A DNA stretch of 64,000 nucleotides from Clostridia bacterium. Lineage in GTDB: Bacteria > Bacillota > Clostridia > Christensenellales > UBA1242. The position numbers and the translations under genes were made by a program. Positions 23,901 to 32,000 of the stretch are shown here, piece by piece; the stretch's first letter is position 1, and the number at the start of each line of letters is the position of its first letter. The stretch spans positions 54,531 through 118,530 of the forward strand of contig JAZSJH010000009.1 of NCBI GenBank assembly GCA_045534265.1. Reading direction: 5' to 3'. Under the pieces are notes generated by a model that was given only the letters and a program-made list of their open reading frames with translations, searched no databases and was not told the DNA's origin.

Positions 23901-26900
23901 ATTATTTGATGGTAATGGTCATACTATTGCTAATGCAAATATGACTTTAGATGGAGCTGATTTTGCAGGACTATTCGGTTATATTGAAAATGCTACCGTT
24001 AAGAATTTAACCGTAACTGGTGGTTCTATGGTTAGTATTTATAACGGCTCAACTACATATGCAGGTGGTATTATTGGCTTTGCTGGTTATTCTACTATTG
24101 AAAACTGCATTAATGAAAATTCTGTTTCCGGAGATGGCTTTGTTGGTGGTATTGCTGGAAGTGCTTATACAACTACAATAAAAGATTCTTACAACAGAGG
24201 TAAAATTGTATTAGAGTCAGTACTTGGAGCATCAAAAGCTTCTGCATCAGATCCTGGACATCCTAGTGCGGGTGGTATTGTTGGATATTCTGACACGTTA
24301 ACTTTGCAATATACAGATGTTAGTGCACATGCAGTAGTTAATGCCGGTGAAATTGTTGTTACAGACAATATCACATCATACACTGCAGAAAGCTTTACAA
24401 AGATTGTTTGTTCTGTCGGTGGTTTTGTAGGATATAATTTCTCTGGCAAAACACTAATTTCAGACTTTGTTTATAATACAGGTAGCATGACTGTAACAAC
24501 AAATGCTCACGACATTAATGTCGGTGGTATTTATGGTTATGTTAGAGATAATTCTGGACTTACTCATACAGGTTATTCTATAAACAAACTTCGTAATAAT
24601 GGTGATGTTACTGTTTATGACACAAACATTTATAGTGTAAATTCATCTACAGAATACTGTAGTAAAGAAAGCGCAGCCAATGGTCAAAGACCACTTGCTA
24701 TAGCAGCTGTTGGCGGTGTAATTGGTAAATATAGTACAACAAAAGATAGCAAAATTGGTCTATTCTCTAACACTGGTAAAGTAATCTTTGACAACCAAAT
24801 GTCTTCAAGAAGCATTTCTGGTGTAGGTGGACTTGTTGGTATTATATCTGTATCTAGTTATAGCACAACAGCTACATACCTTGAAGAAAGCTATAACATG
24901 GCTGATGTTGAGGTTAAAGTAAATAGTGGTGAGACAAATATCGCTATTGGTATTGGTGGTATTCTTGGACAACATAGCGTTAATGTTTCTAATGGTTCTC
25001 ATGTATATATTAACAATACATATAATATGGGAGACATTGCAAGTAGTGGTTATGGTAGAGTAATGTCAGGAGGCATCTATGGCGTATCTGTTCTTAGAAA
25101 TTCAGCGGGTGCAGATGCTGATACTGCTACCGGAAAATATGTGCTTGCAAATGACATTCTTGCAAATGGTGAAACAAATACTGCTTCTTTTGTAAGTATT
25201 TCAAACTCTTATAATATTGGTAGTGTTACAGGTTCTTCAAGCAATATGTATGGTTTGGGTGCGTTGATGGGCTATGGAATAGGTGCAACTTGTACAAGCA
25301 AGAACTATTACCTAGCAGGATGTGCAAGTTATCCATTTGCTACTATGTCAAAAACTCCACAACAAAACGAAATGGGCGAGACAGAAATCGTTGAAACAAC
25401 AACAGCTGTTCTTGACCAAGTTAATGCTTATGAGCAAAAAACAACAAACACATTGAAACTTTATATTCCAACAAGTACTGTTGGTATTTCGTTCACAACC
25501 TATTCAACAGCTTGGGAACAAAAAGTACCTACTTGGTATCCAACCCTAAAGAATAACTATGAAACACTTCTTTGGGACGAGAGTTACACTCCATTGTCTG
25601 TTCAAGGACAAGACTATACAATTGATAGTGCAGATCAATTAGCATATCTATCATATGCGGTAAATAATGGTATTTTGGATACTGTTGGTGTTCAAATCAA
25701 ACTTACAAACAATATTGATATGGCTAATAGATACTTTACACCTATTGGAAACAAAACTTATCCATTTAAGGGTACTTTCAATGGTGATGGATATTCTATT
25801 AACAATATAACAATCGATCCAAATTCAGCATTGATTATTATGGATAATGGTATAGCTGAAACAGTTGGTTCATTGTTTGGATATGTTGATGGCGGAACAA
25901 TCAAAAATACTGGTCTTATTTCTCCAATAATCAAAAACGTAGATTTCGCAACAGGCTTTGTATATAGTATGACAAATACATCTCATATGGAATATTGTTA
26001 TACAGACAATTACGAAATATCAGATCCTGATGTTGTAAAAGATGCTAATGTTCAAGTAGCAGACAGAATCAAAGAAGGATTGATTAGTGGTAAGAAAGAT
26101 ACTTCAGGTTTTGCTCATACTATTAACAATTCAACTATCAATGCAGGTTATTTGAACGTTCCACTTGTTGCAGACCCTGTAGAAGATACAAGCTTCAAAC
26201 CAAAACTTGCTGGTTTTGCAGTAAATAGTATATCTTCTATGGTTACTAACTGCTACATCTCAGAAGGTGCAGAAGGTGGAAGGGAGATGTTTACATACAA
26301 CACTTATAACAATACAGATTCATTATTTAATAAATTTGTTCTTAATAGTGTTGATGTTGATGGTCAAAATATCAATAGTGTTGAACATAGCTATAACCTA
26401 GGAAATGGTATTAATAATTATATTATTAAGACATTTGATAGCAATGAAGGCAAATATGTAACAAATATAACAGATACACTTATGAGTGGCATTGTTGATT
26501 CTGGCGTGGATTCATATACATTAAGTCAAGCTGGCTGGGACGTAATTGATATTTGGAGTTACGAATATAGCTTGCTTGGTGATTTGTCAGAAGATGCAAA
26601 CCGCCCTGCAACAATAAGAGGTCTTGGTCAAAATTGGTATAATACAGAATGTGAAGATCTAATTTTGAAAAACAATGCAGGTAAACCAATTACTGAAAAG
26701 AGTGCTACAGACTCTGGTATGGCTCAATACTATATCTATTATGAAATTAGAACTGCTGAAGAACTTGCTTGGGTAGCAAGAATGATAAATAATGGTAAGA
26801 TTGATAGTAAAGATGCTAGTGGCAACTTATATGTATTCAAACTTATGAACGATATTAATCTTCTTGGCAAATATTGGACTCCAATTGGAACAATGGATTA

Positions 26901-28422
26901 TCCATTCTCTTCAAAATTTGATTTCAATGGATATACAATCTCAAACCTTGTAATTGACTGTAACGATATAAGCTTTGGCGGATTGTTTGGTTATACTCAA
27001 GATGCAGAAATCATTGGTGGATTTATGGATAATGTATATATCAATATTGATATTACAAGCGAAGAGTATAATGCATTAACAAGCGTTAAAGGTTTGTATG
27101 CAGGTGCATTGATTGGTAAAGGAAACAACACTAAAGTTTCTAATATTGAAATTACAGGAAATGTAGTTGGATATTCTAAATACAACGCATATGTTGGTGG
27201 TCTTGCTGGCAACCTTACATTTGCAAAGAGTTCTACAGGCGGTAGTTCTCAAGACTACAAGGTAGACAATGTTAAAGTAAAATTAATTACTGGATCTGAA
27301 GTATTAATTCCTGAAGATTATCGTAAAAATAATGGTTTTGGTATTGATGAGATTATTACCGAAGCTACACAAGATGATAAACTTCAAGTAAATATCGCAG
27401 GCTTTAGCTTGACTGGCAATAGCTATACAGGTGGTATACTTGGTTATGTAGCTGGTAAGTATACTATTAGCTATACAACAGAAGCTTGGGTAGAAAAAGT
27501 ATTTAATGAAACAGTTGTTGTATCTTATGCAAAATCTGATATTTCAAGATCATATTGTGGTGGTGTTGTAGGATATATGACAGAAAACACACACTTAAAT
27601 ATCGCTCAAAACAATGGTGATATTAAGTCTGCAACTTATGGTTATGACTATATCGGTGGTGTGGCAGGTATGATTGCTGGTGGCTCTGAGATTACAAACT
27701 CTGTAAACAAAGCAGAAATCGAATGTAGCCAATTTGCTTCTGTTATCTCTTATAGCGGTGGTGTGGCAGGTTATATTAGAGATGGTTCTACAGCAGATAA
27801 GTGTGCTAACCTTGGCTCATCTTATAAGAATGTAGACTCTACTAAGATATTCTCTGCAGGTGCATTTGGTTATGTAGAAAAAGACGTAACGGGTGCTCTT
27901 CCTACAGTAAGCAATGTTGTGTACACAGACGTTCTTGGCTCTTATGAGAACCCAGAAGCAACTGGTCCACATGATGCAACTATAGGTTACTATGGTGATG
28001 GCGAACTTATTGCTGATGACGGAAGTATAACAGTTATGTACATTAATACACTAGCAGATGACGCAGTAAAAGATATCTTTGTATCTCCAATCTGGGATGC
28101 TTCTGGTAATGTAAGTTATTCTTCTGTATATGAAATAACATTTGATAGCAGTGTAATTGTATATGTTAAGACAGCTCCAGATGCAAATACTTACGCTTCT
28201 ACAGGTAGTGGAGCTAAGATTGCTATGGGAACTGAACTTGTAATTCAAGTTACAGATACTAGTCTAACACACATTATAGTTAATAGCAGAAGATATGCAT
28301 TAACTCATACAGCTTCTGGCTCTGGAACAATTACTGTTTCAGAAAGTGGTACTCCAAACTGTATTGTTGTAAAACAACTAGCAAATGGAATTTCACAAAT
28401 AAGAGCCGAAAGTGCTTCATAA
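11947..28422 (+). CDS. Giant lipoprotein (5491 aa): N-terminal Ig-like (Big_2-like) repeats followed by multiple cap plus GLUG-like beta-helix modules; putative adhesin.
   Basis: The ATG at 11947 has AAGGA about 11 nt upstream. The N-terminus MKKFFTILMMICFGFTGLLLGC is a signal peptide with lipobox LLGC. The first ~1000 aa show Big_2-like patterns (e.g. GFTVLTAYTSEGSKTATLKINVI, ISVGKAEVRF, AIQAGNARFLL). GG[IV][IV]G units and six cap motifs of the type ..DGNG.TI follow. The TAA stop is followed by a terminator. The track start (TTG at 11914) only adds 11 residues ahead of the signal peptide. Confidence 0.9.
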   Translation: MKKFFTILMMICFGFTGLLLGCGGGRYDNLTISIKTEQARAEDGSITLYVGEGTEDITVSMAGAPKGFNFVPSFSLSENIVKLGDVNHMLDNGVRKTIEGIAPGFTVLTAYTSEGSKTATLKINVIKKAESISYNTDYKIAVLNTAGHRTVIDTASAISIFPKDSNQNTIKYSLATPGLSDVVSIRGNELIALAGIETTPLTEFTVKAEVVNHLGEVNENVDPVYIPVRIMDNILPDDIKLYQSKTEYDSVSDAVLNNPINSTLILSKNYHENNATYVFVGVNTTENITVIPPANVSSSPVMTTLAGKPTRAGVKYFVYRVQAIRYSDVKSLTFTITVDGYENFFNFTTKLDVKCELYIRNFSVNDETLIDGESHEVTLYTNDQTSGTMIKIAVGNPKEILAADAKFFIQLYNHSTGEVVSSSDLSKFFIVTNLANNSHGLVEEGYLKEVNLALKLNGTTLSTADSGKYKLVITAEQPLAFTYKATTEVFIRIVQGISSMDSISYEGVENSVSDPIKINFEEGVEPLKVTLNAQPASETSYETLYAESTNEAVFKVVKESNLGNTFLIQPISVGKAEVRFCSKNLTSPLVYKVNVYEDIEDFFISVDEFSQASYIGKSTVVDNSLTSATIKANNVGAWSSNIQLKLSTLPTTAEFYETEVEVYNAAGEAVEKDGIYIQDENFKLNTRNLSFSMKHTTLDMTYKVVVKMINFDGTTIQKEFLVNSYVPITKITMTLTNNTLYNPNNLGYFDLNHTSKTYTKTQTTIATNANATFAYTANIFYEVIVNGTVTENLLIRNGTEFSLNPNYEITKYPQKVYLIAYALEFGKRVETEPAIITIKDPVTVDAMAVEGDINGDILYFKLGYDSFKDIKITLTPSINLFNSGVKWVQYREGTTEVLDFADNNGGQMVPVDTTDAIFSVDDLGNNNFRINAIQAGNARFLLIPEDKIKNINGSHYVYEWDKIIELFVSVADGSRQNPYHVASFKDFKDIEKAMDKFYVLTNDIAIEDNWIPLGYGTRTPLNGGINGLYSRIVNAETGEKYSVQYDITDISYAVALPSNISHYGLVYALGDGIVIEGEEDKDKAILENMIVSYSYVQAEFNGEFTFGGLVAINRGTIDNCRVTLTNVSIQLSGLSYSVGGMVGLNDGGTITNKDVDNAVNVNINIELKADNFLSAYFGGMVGQMKSGLINGYQKDYTEIDTVGITFGDQGYDVISNFRITTDKTYPSEIVSAVGGVVGFIQNTDTTAVDIKDLAVSGTVRASAIDNVGGIVGQVSGALNKEDNSVAVRFFNNTNNAKIFGRKYVGGVVGRAKYASFNYCSAENYRETQTTPRAFITGVDYVGGFGGMLENINISNSYVVSYFENAPDFKAEDISSTNSDIVVNSETATTESRVGGFVASLTLEDTYIVNKVATLLNSYVSSNSTRYCGGVFGYYNGLGGVNNVICKGFAKGFSPVTGQGTMGPISPAATFYSALNPTGMISSLADVVKGSGTYDDTAIWKTEATINDGLPYLLDDAGNILFAFLPITIEVVVKDQDGMDIDEFNNSGYVYVENNVALIYLNELTTGELTAEQLLALNTHKITDFAQLNVLPWTLKTSRLVITSSNSSVVRVSQDSLVAMKEGSARITVSSKLNADYRCEFFVIIKYGLTNYKLYETSNFAPSSEVKDDETDPITMVVDKKVALYENTTYTRNVDGTDYDLKVTNTTAVKFVLENDTYKDSFIINTNWTISHETYTEIAVSTLTTIYSKLITEDVAVKVTATPFLEVSYLNTQTQLFYEHLKATFYVKVVNGADNIYFESSISQTQGIEITQLQSFVFTVIMDTDTNEDAIVPTITDSEGNIIDDTGAYEGSVVRLQTNSGGEANIEEVIDGKRVLVGKKVSYTISYEAETDDDGRVESLKEDKKFVIFFSSLLVPDVKVSLPITVKPQDIVSADIGVYSSTADYNTSASGTTKNGTDKFIFNGGDNVALLTVEIYPDFSRFASFDIVYTSSSGFPISMTQLKYTKDAGENDDPFSDYGEGRGTYVTGYGMKVDKSTGGEPLLGSGSGIYSYSKIYYFSMMVGSEVPDLTTYTMTLVFYDSDKNIIEPRNISYTFQSLASPQIELGVKDKTLNNNLPIGTSNELNVQTKNYTGDIAWEISIDANGVEDGPTGHKCIVCGEKDGELPKQYTTCVACMNENFALLDSLVPTKDENGKYYLNIPSDNFDLLGRFIVIKGIIEKSEGSENFTDEAEIKVYVSLYTVTDMSVDGLSADLLKLQIYTPYSLKVNLSAVYNPDVDYTTHNSSGYTIANMVARLKDEISKAAIWEANEATGADKLIKNSTKLYNSCYSCISYGGYYAVYGEIVDIMSSITATAKVGYSGGVPVYIPIVDPPAEPDPDAEPVIDNTRSKTFSRQFTLTFTYQNDIKNPIPITSAEDFMKMEEGKDYRLSSDIMLTDYTPLTTRILSLDGNGYTIYVASFAEGIATTNLGLFATVAGADGTAEATMIYNLNVHYISNVIETITYPNGEIKYTYTLPEPPEKYPQKTLLDTTAVTEFNFGGIAGINNGIITNCSVTGLISITATDDSLTAAYVGGIAGVNNGFITNSNVTDLDLTSSGSIGGVAGSNTNTISSTYTDELYINNISKNTELFYTGGFVCDNGEGAKVLECYTQGRRNVNDVTIVNTNEGLKTSGTAGGFVYKNEGSIEDCYSNIAITASAFSAGFVFVNEEEAVVNNCYSISRVALNSKAASPFTGIGKDGGVVVTYNGTISNCFYLRDNYNNFGNEPATRITLNDFSTSDVFGTYNIKLNTNDPKVAEGYSWYIAGGKPRLTQTDIKTYSAYDYKGKTKNYTANSEVYFKYNNEDGKWFAYSKAAGMDKTKEMIITRRATLVYYVDGNSDEYYFKPAFDSNDNPMYGTVAGKQVRLYNTIDSARTGKVYFLDESVNKMKGYNTVSGGIDTTDIVDIYYSYIEEVYAEETGISANVWRDIETGKSYYKRTSDTGLYENFTIDAINQDPVMRFVYELEVVSVTYKTPEGTSLVDLSIDSEGECDFTYILTGAEYKEKYGIENIPEPYKTYGGCYSYRSLDSIQYHYGYSYFDENGNRIAPDDENNYPDKTMYVMGTKNNPYLIYDVVSYNTYFKDKFNSELSNINKREYYRVVGDINFDFENISTSSKILFGYLEGNGMTIRNITLTYVSGNQETIGFGLFSQSLFSIVNNLNLEVIEIASSAHTYVGGLVGWARTDVQETTETIDDNGTPIVYTSAQFNGKVIQEYDDIPEYLRKNYFNNIVVFKKDSVELENVGLVLGRNFAGGLVGYMTGRSKANNIDTSVNVNAAYVVSPDIKGRYLAYQNVKTDAEVTALSATNVYGPLTKPDGAGNQVPYTKSDWTYFINRQLSYSGLAFGVVDVEITDEDDDFNESYSVYDILVSGKFSGAGGTIGGVIGLLAKDNIAYNINVKVLEEQTIRGSLYAGGLIGENRGKLIASTIDYEDEKQNNNVALVTNTRINKTFFNNNASTKAIGGLVGFNNGGEITSCVSHIDVRNSIANVAGGAVGRSIMGKYSHVIVSGSVRAKSIMGGFTGTSNTRFAYIGEDGIGVAAQQAIYPNDGSNETTVKAESITITADNYTSCIAANNWQLDDYPFLTEKEAVKRVAGGFIGSEALSPHYYVNMTTHATDPTTGLPNPYTASMQIYSRMNKCFYTNSLYYGSYGKDTNPSFYMPIAYITDFDTVTLYNEKAADGNQVFPYMYPFIATNTIYGKDNTSNAIVGLTHYQIAYGDANMYSTDYITSSATQPIESLASGTDVNITVTLPYEETIEETNLYETTMTRKYLAKTDLIVTTTEGVKSYAYKYQMKSDQLLSGTGPFVYTEKIKPDGVTVQSREFGVIEKYFVYADFVNSQDFDIGENFYGKMEEDNNVYPKVFIKSSSLEWMSWDGSEFNEDENGFYLIENEKELAALAFVVNEDKTDSKTGKKYGDETHKYKLMADLDLSGKYWTPIGTEDFPFKALFDGNGHTIANANMTLDGADFAGLFGYIENATVKNLTVTGGSMVSIYNGSTTYAGGIIGFAGYSTIENCINENSVSGDGFVGGIAGSAYTTTIKDSYNRGKIVLESVLGASKASASDPGHPSAGGIVGYSDTLTLQYTDVSAHAVVNAGEIVVTDNITSYTAESFTKIVCSVGGFVGYNFSGKTLISDFVYNTGSMTVTTNAHDINVGGIYGYVRDNSGLTHTGYSINKLRNNGDVTVYDTNIYSVNSSTEYCSKESAANGQRPLAIAAVGGVIGKYSTTKDSKIGLFSNTGKVIFDNQMSSRSISGVGGLVGIISVSSYSTTATYLEESYNMADVEVKVNSGETNIAIGIGGILGQHSVNVSNGSHVYINNTYNMGDIASSGYGRVMSGGIYGVSVLRNSAGADADTATGKYVLANDILANGETNTASFVSISNSYNIGSVTGSSSNMYGLGALMGYGIGATCTSKNYYLAGCASYPFATMSKTPQQNEMGETEIVETTTAVLDQVNAYEQKTTNTLKLYIPTSTVGISFTTYSTAWEQKVPTWYPTLKNNYETLLWDESYTPLSVQGQDYTIDSADQLAYLSYAVNNGILDTVGVQIKLTNNIDMANRYFTPIGNKTYPFKGTFNGDGYSINNITIDPNSALIIMDNGIAETVGSLFGYVDGGTIKNTGLISPIIKNVDFATGFVYSMTNTSHMEYCYTDNYEISDPDVVKDANVQVADRIKEGLISGKKDTSGFAHTINNSTINAGYLNVPLVADPVEDTSFKPKLAGFAVNSISSMVTNCYISEGAEGGREMFTYNTYNNTDSLFNKFVLNSVDVDGQNINSVEHSYNLGNGINNYIIKTFDSNEGKYVTNITDTLMSGIVDSGVDSYTLSQAGWDVIDIWSYEYSLLGDLSEDANRPATIRGLGQNWYNTECEDLILKNNAGKPITEKSATDSGMAQYYIYYEIRTAEELAWVARMINNGKIDSKDASGNLYVFKLMNDINLLGKYWTPIGTMDYPFSSKFDFNGYTISNLVIDCNDISFGGLFGYTQDAEIIGGFMDNVYINIDITSEEYNALTSVKGLYAGALIGKGNNTKVSNIEITGNVVGYSKYNAYVGGLAGNLTFAKSSTGGSSQDYKVDNVKVKLITGSEVLIPEDYRKNNGFGIDEIITEATQDDKLQVNIAGFSLTGNSYTGGILGYVAGKYTISYTTEAWVEKVFNETVVVSYAKSDISRSYCGGVVGYMTENTHLNIAQNNGDIKSATYGYDYIGGVAGMIAGGSEITNSVNKAEIECSQFASVISYSGGVAGYIRDGSTADKCANLGSSYKNVDSTKIFSAGAFGYVEKDVTGALPTVSNVVYTDVLGSYENPEATGPHDATIGYYGDGELIADDGSITVMYINTLADDAVKDIFVSPIWDASGNVSYSSVYEITFDSSVIVYVKTAPDANTYASTGSGAKIAMGTELVIQVTDTSLTHIIVNSRRYALTHTASGSGTITVSESGTPNCIVVKQLANGISQIRAESAS

Positions 28423-28432
28423 AACAAAAAAA

Positions 28433-28463
28433 AGACATAACAAAAAAGTTATGTCTTTTTTTA
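28433..28463 (+). terminator. Intrinsic terminator of giant gene 2
   Basis: agacataac / aaaaaa / gttatgtct 9-bp stem followed by T7. Confidence 0.8.
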
Positions 28464-28850
28464 TTTAATATAAAAAAGTTTTTGTATTTTAACCTATACA
28501 TTCACAAAAAGAGTAGGGAAAATTTATCTTAAAAAATATTGCATTTATGAAATAAAAAACATATAAAATTATCAATTTTTCTTGTTAAAAAGGGATTGAG
28601 ATATAATAATTACATTTTTTGTTACAACAAAATATGTAAAAATATAAAAAAATAGCCCTTGACACACACGGCAAGGTTGTATGTATAAAAGCATTTTTTT
28701 AGATATTGCTTAATTATAATGTATATTATATATATAATTTAAGTGGAAAAATAAAAAAACTCCAAACTTTTGGAGTTAAAAATTTTTTTCATAAAATTTT
28801 GCGTTTGTCAAGCAAAAAATAATAATTTTTCAAAAAAGTATGAAAAATTA

Positions 28851-28879
28851 TTGACTTATCAAATTTTGGGTGTTATAAT
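28851..28879 (+). promoter_or_regulatory. Sigma-A-type promoter upstream of rpoB
   Basis: TTGACT (28851-56), a 17-nt spacer, then TATAAT (28874-79), preceded by TGt (extended -10). This leaves a leader of about 180 nt before the rpoB ATG. Confidence 0.6.
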
Positions 28880-29064
28880 AAGTCTTGCATTATATTGGAT
28901 AATTGTCTTAATAGGCATATTTTGAGCTTTTTGATTGCTTCGTAATATAAACATATCATACTTTATGTTTTTGTGGCAAGCAATTTTCAAAGATTTTTTA
29001 TAATATGTTTATATAGGTTTTTATTCATACAATACAATTTAATAATAAATAATAAGGAGCCGAA

Positions 29065-32000
29065 ATGGTACAATCTAAACCTAGCATTAAAAATGTTATG
29101 TACGGTAAAGTAGAAAGAAAGAATTTCTCAAAAATTTCAGAGCCAATTGAGATGCCATACCTACTTGATGTACAAAAAGAAGCTTACAAACAATTTTTGG
29201 AAAGGGGCATTGGTGAAATCCTTGAAGAGTTTTCTCCTATTACTGACTACAGTAACAAAGCAGAAATCTACTTTACAAACTATACTCTAGACCAAACAAG
29301 CAAATATACTCGTGAAGAGTGTATGAGAAAGGGTGTAACTTATTCTGTTGCATTAAAAGCAAGAGCGAGACTAGTTAGAAAGGAAGATGGTGAAGTAATC
29401 GAACAAGACGTATTCTTGGGAGATGTTCCACTTATGACCGAAGAAGGCTCTTTTATTTTTAACGGTATACAAAGAGTAGTTGTTAGCCAAATCGTAAGAT
29501 CACCTTCTGTTTATTACGAAACAACACAAGATGACAAAACTGGTAAATGGCTATACAAAGGTACAATTATCCCAACACGTGGTACTTGGATTGAAGTAGA
29601 ACAAAACGTTAACGACCTACTTAAAGTAGTTGTTGATAGAAGCGCAAAAGTTTCTTTTGGCGTTTTCCTAAAATGTTTTGGATACAACGCAGTTCAAATT
29701 GCTGAAATGTTTGGCAATGATCCACTTGTTGTTAATACTTTGGCTAAAGAAACACAACAAACTCAAGAAGAAGCATTGATAGAGTTTGCTAAAAAGACTA
29801 GACCTGCTGATATTCCATCTGCAGAAGCAACTCACGGATTTATCAATGACCTATTCTTCTCACATAGATACTACAACTTGGCTCGTGTAGGTAGATACAA
29901 AATTGATAAAAAATTAAGCATTGCAACTAGAATCACTGGACAAGTTGCTCAAAAAGATATTAATATCGGCAGAAAAGTAGTTGTTAAAGCTGGAGATCTA
30001 ATCTCTGCAGAAGTTGCAAGAGATATTCAAGAAGCTGGTATCAACGAAGTTTGGGTTAGAGCAAAAGACAACAAAGGTCAATTCATGATGGACGGCAAAG
30101 AATTTGTTGGACACAAAGTAATTGGTAACAACAGAGTTCACTTGTCTTCAATCTTCCCATGTGACGAAGAAGCACTTGGAATCAAAGAGATGGTTCACTA
30201 CCCAACACTTCAATCTATTCTTAAAGAATGCAAAGGCAGAACTCAAGAAGAAACTGAAGATGTTATTAGAGAAAATGCAAAACTTCTTATGGGTATGCAA
30301 CTTACTATGGACGATATTATCGCAACATTTAGCTATCACCTTGGACTTAACAACGGTGTTGGTGCTATCGATAACATTGACCACCTAGCTAACAGACGTA
30401 TTGCTTCTGTTGGTGAACTTATGGCAGGGGCGTTTAGAAGCGGTGTTAACAAACTTGCAAGTGTAATCAAAGAAACACTTCAAGCACAAGATTTGTCAAC
30501 AATCAACCCATCTTCTATTATCAATGCTCGTCCTATTAACAAAGCATTAAAAGACTTCTTAGCAAGCTCACAATTGTCACAACTTATGGATCAAGTAAAC
30601 CCAATAAGCGAACTTACTCAAAAGAGAAAGATGTCAGCCGTTGGTCCTGGTGGTGTTAAGAAAGAAAGAGCTACTGCAGAAGTTCGTGATATTCACTATT
30701 CTCACTATGGTAGAATCTGTGCCCTTGAAACTCCAGAAGGTCAAGGTATCGGTCTTATCACATCTATTGCTACATATGCAAAAATTAACGAATATGGTTT
30801 CCTTCTATCTCCATATAGAGTAGTAGACAAAGCAAATGGCGTTGTAACAGACAAAGTTGTATACTTAATGGCAGACGAAGAAGAAAACTGCTATATGGCT
30901 CAAGCAATTGAACCACTTGACGAACAAGGAAGATTTATAAACAAGAGAATCATTTGTCGTCATAGAGATACTGTTATGGAAGTTCCAGCAAGTCAAATCG
31001 ACTATGTTGACGTAAGCCCAAGACAATTTATCTCAGCCGCAACTTGCCTTATCCCATTCCTAGCAAACGACGATACAGCTCGTGCAATGATGGGTTCTAA
31101 CATGCAACGTCAGGCTGTTCCACTACTAACTACTGAATCTCCAATGATCGGTACTGGTATGGAATACAAAATCGCCGTAGACAGCGGCGCTATGATACTA
31201 GCTAAAAATCCTGGTTTTGTAACTTATGTTTCTGGTAAAGAAATCAAAGTTAAAAATGATGATGGTAATACAGATGTTTACACACTAATGAAGTTTACAA
31301 AAACTAACCAAGACACTTGTATCAACCAAAAACCAGCAGTTAAGAAAGGTCAAAGAGTAGAAAAAGGCGACACAATCGCTGATGGTTTCTCTACTCAAAA
31401 CGGAGAACTTGCCCTAGGTAAAAATATGCTTATTGCATATATGAACTGGGAAGGTTATAACTACGAAGACGCGATCCTTATTTCTGAAAGAATCGTAAAA
31501 GAAGATATCTTTACATCTATCACTTTGAAAGTAGAAGATATCAAAGCAAGAGCTACAAAACTTGGTGATGAAGAAATCACAAGAGATATTCCAAACCTAT
31601 CTGAAGACGCTTTGAAAAACCTTGATGAAAACGGTATTATCAGAGTTGGTGCAGAAGTTAGACCTGGCGATATCCTTGTTGGTAAAGTAACTCCAAAGGG
31701 TGAAACTGAACTAACTCCAGAAGAGAGACTACTTCGTGCTATCTTTGGCGAAAAGGCTAGAGAAGTTAGAGATACATCACTTCGTGTACAACACGGACAT
31801 GGTGGTATCGTAGTAGATGTTCAAGTATTTACTCGTAAAAACAAAGACGAACTAGAACCAGGTGTTAACACTATGGTTAAAGTATTCGTTGCTCAAAAAC
31901 GTAAACTTTCTGTCGGCGACAAAATGGCTGGTCGTCACGGTAACAAAGGTGTAGTTTCTAGAGTACTTCCAGAAGCTGATATGCCATTTATGGCTAACGG

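Noticed and set aside
28758-28800. Tiny minus-strand ORF (MKKIFNSKSLEFFYFST) overlapping the isolated hairpin at 28758-28790
   Set aside because: It has no SD. Its sequence is dictated by the hairpin and the A/T runs.
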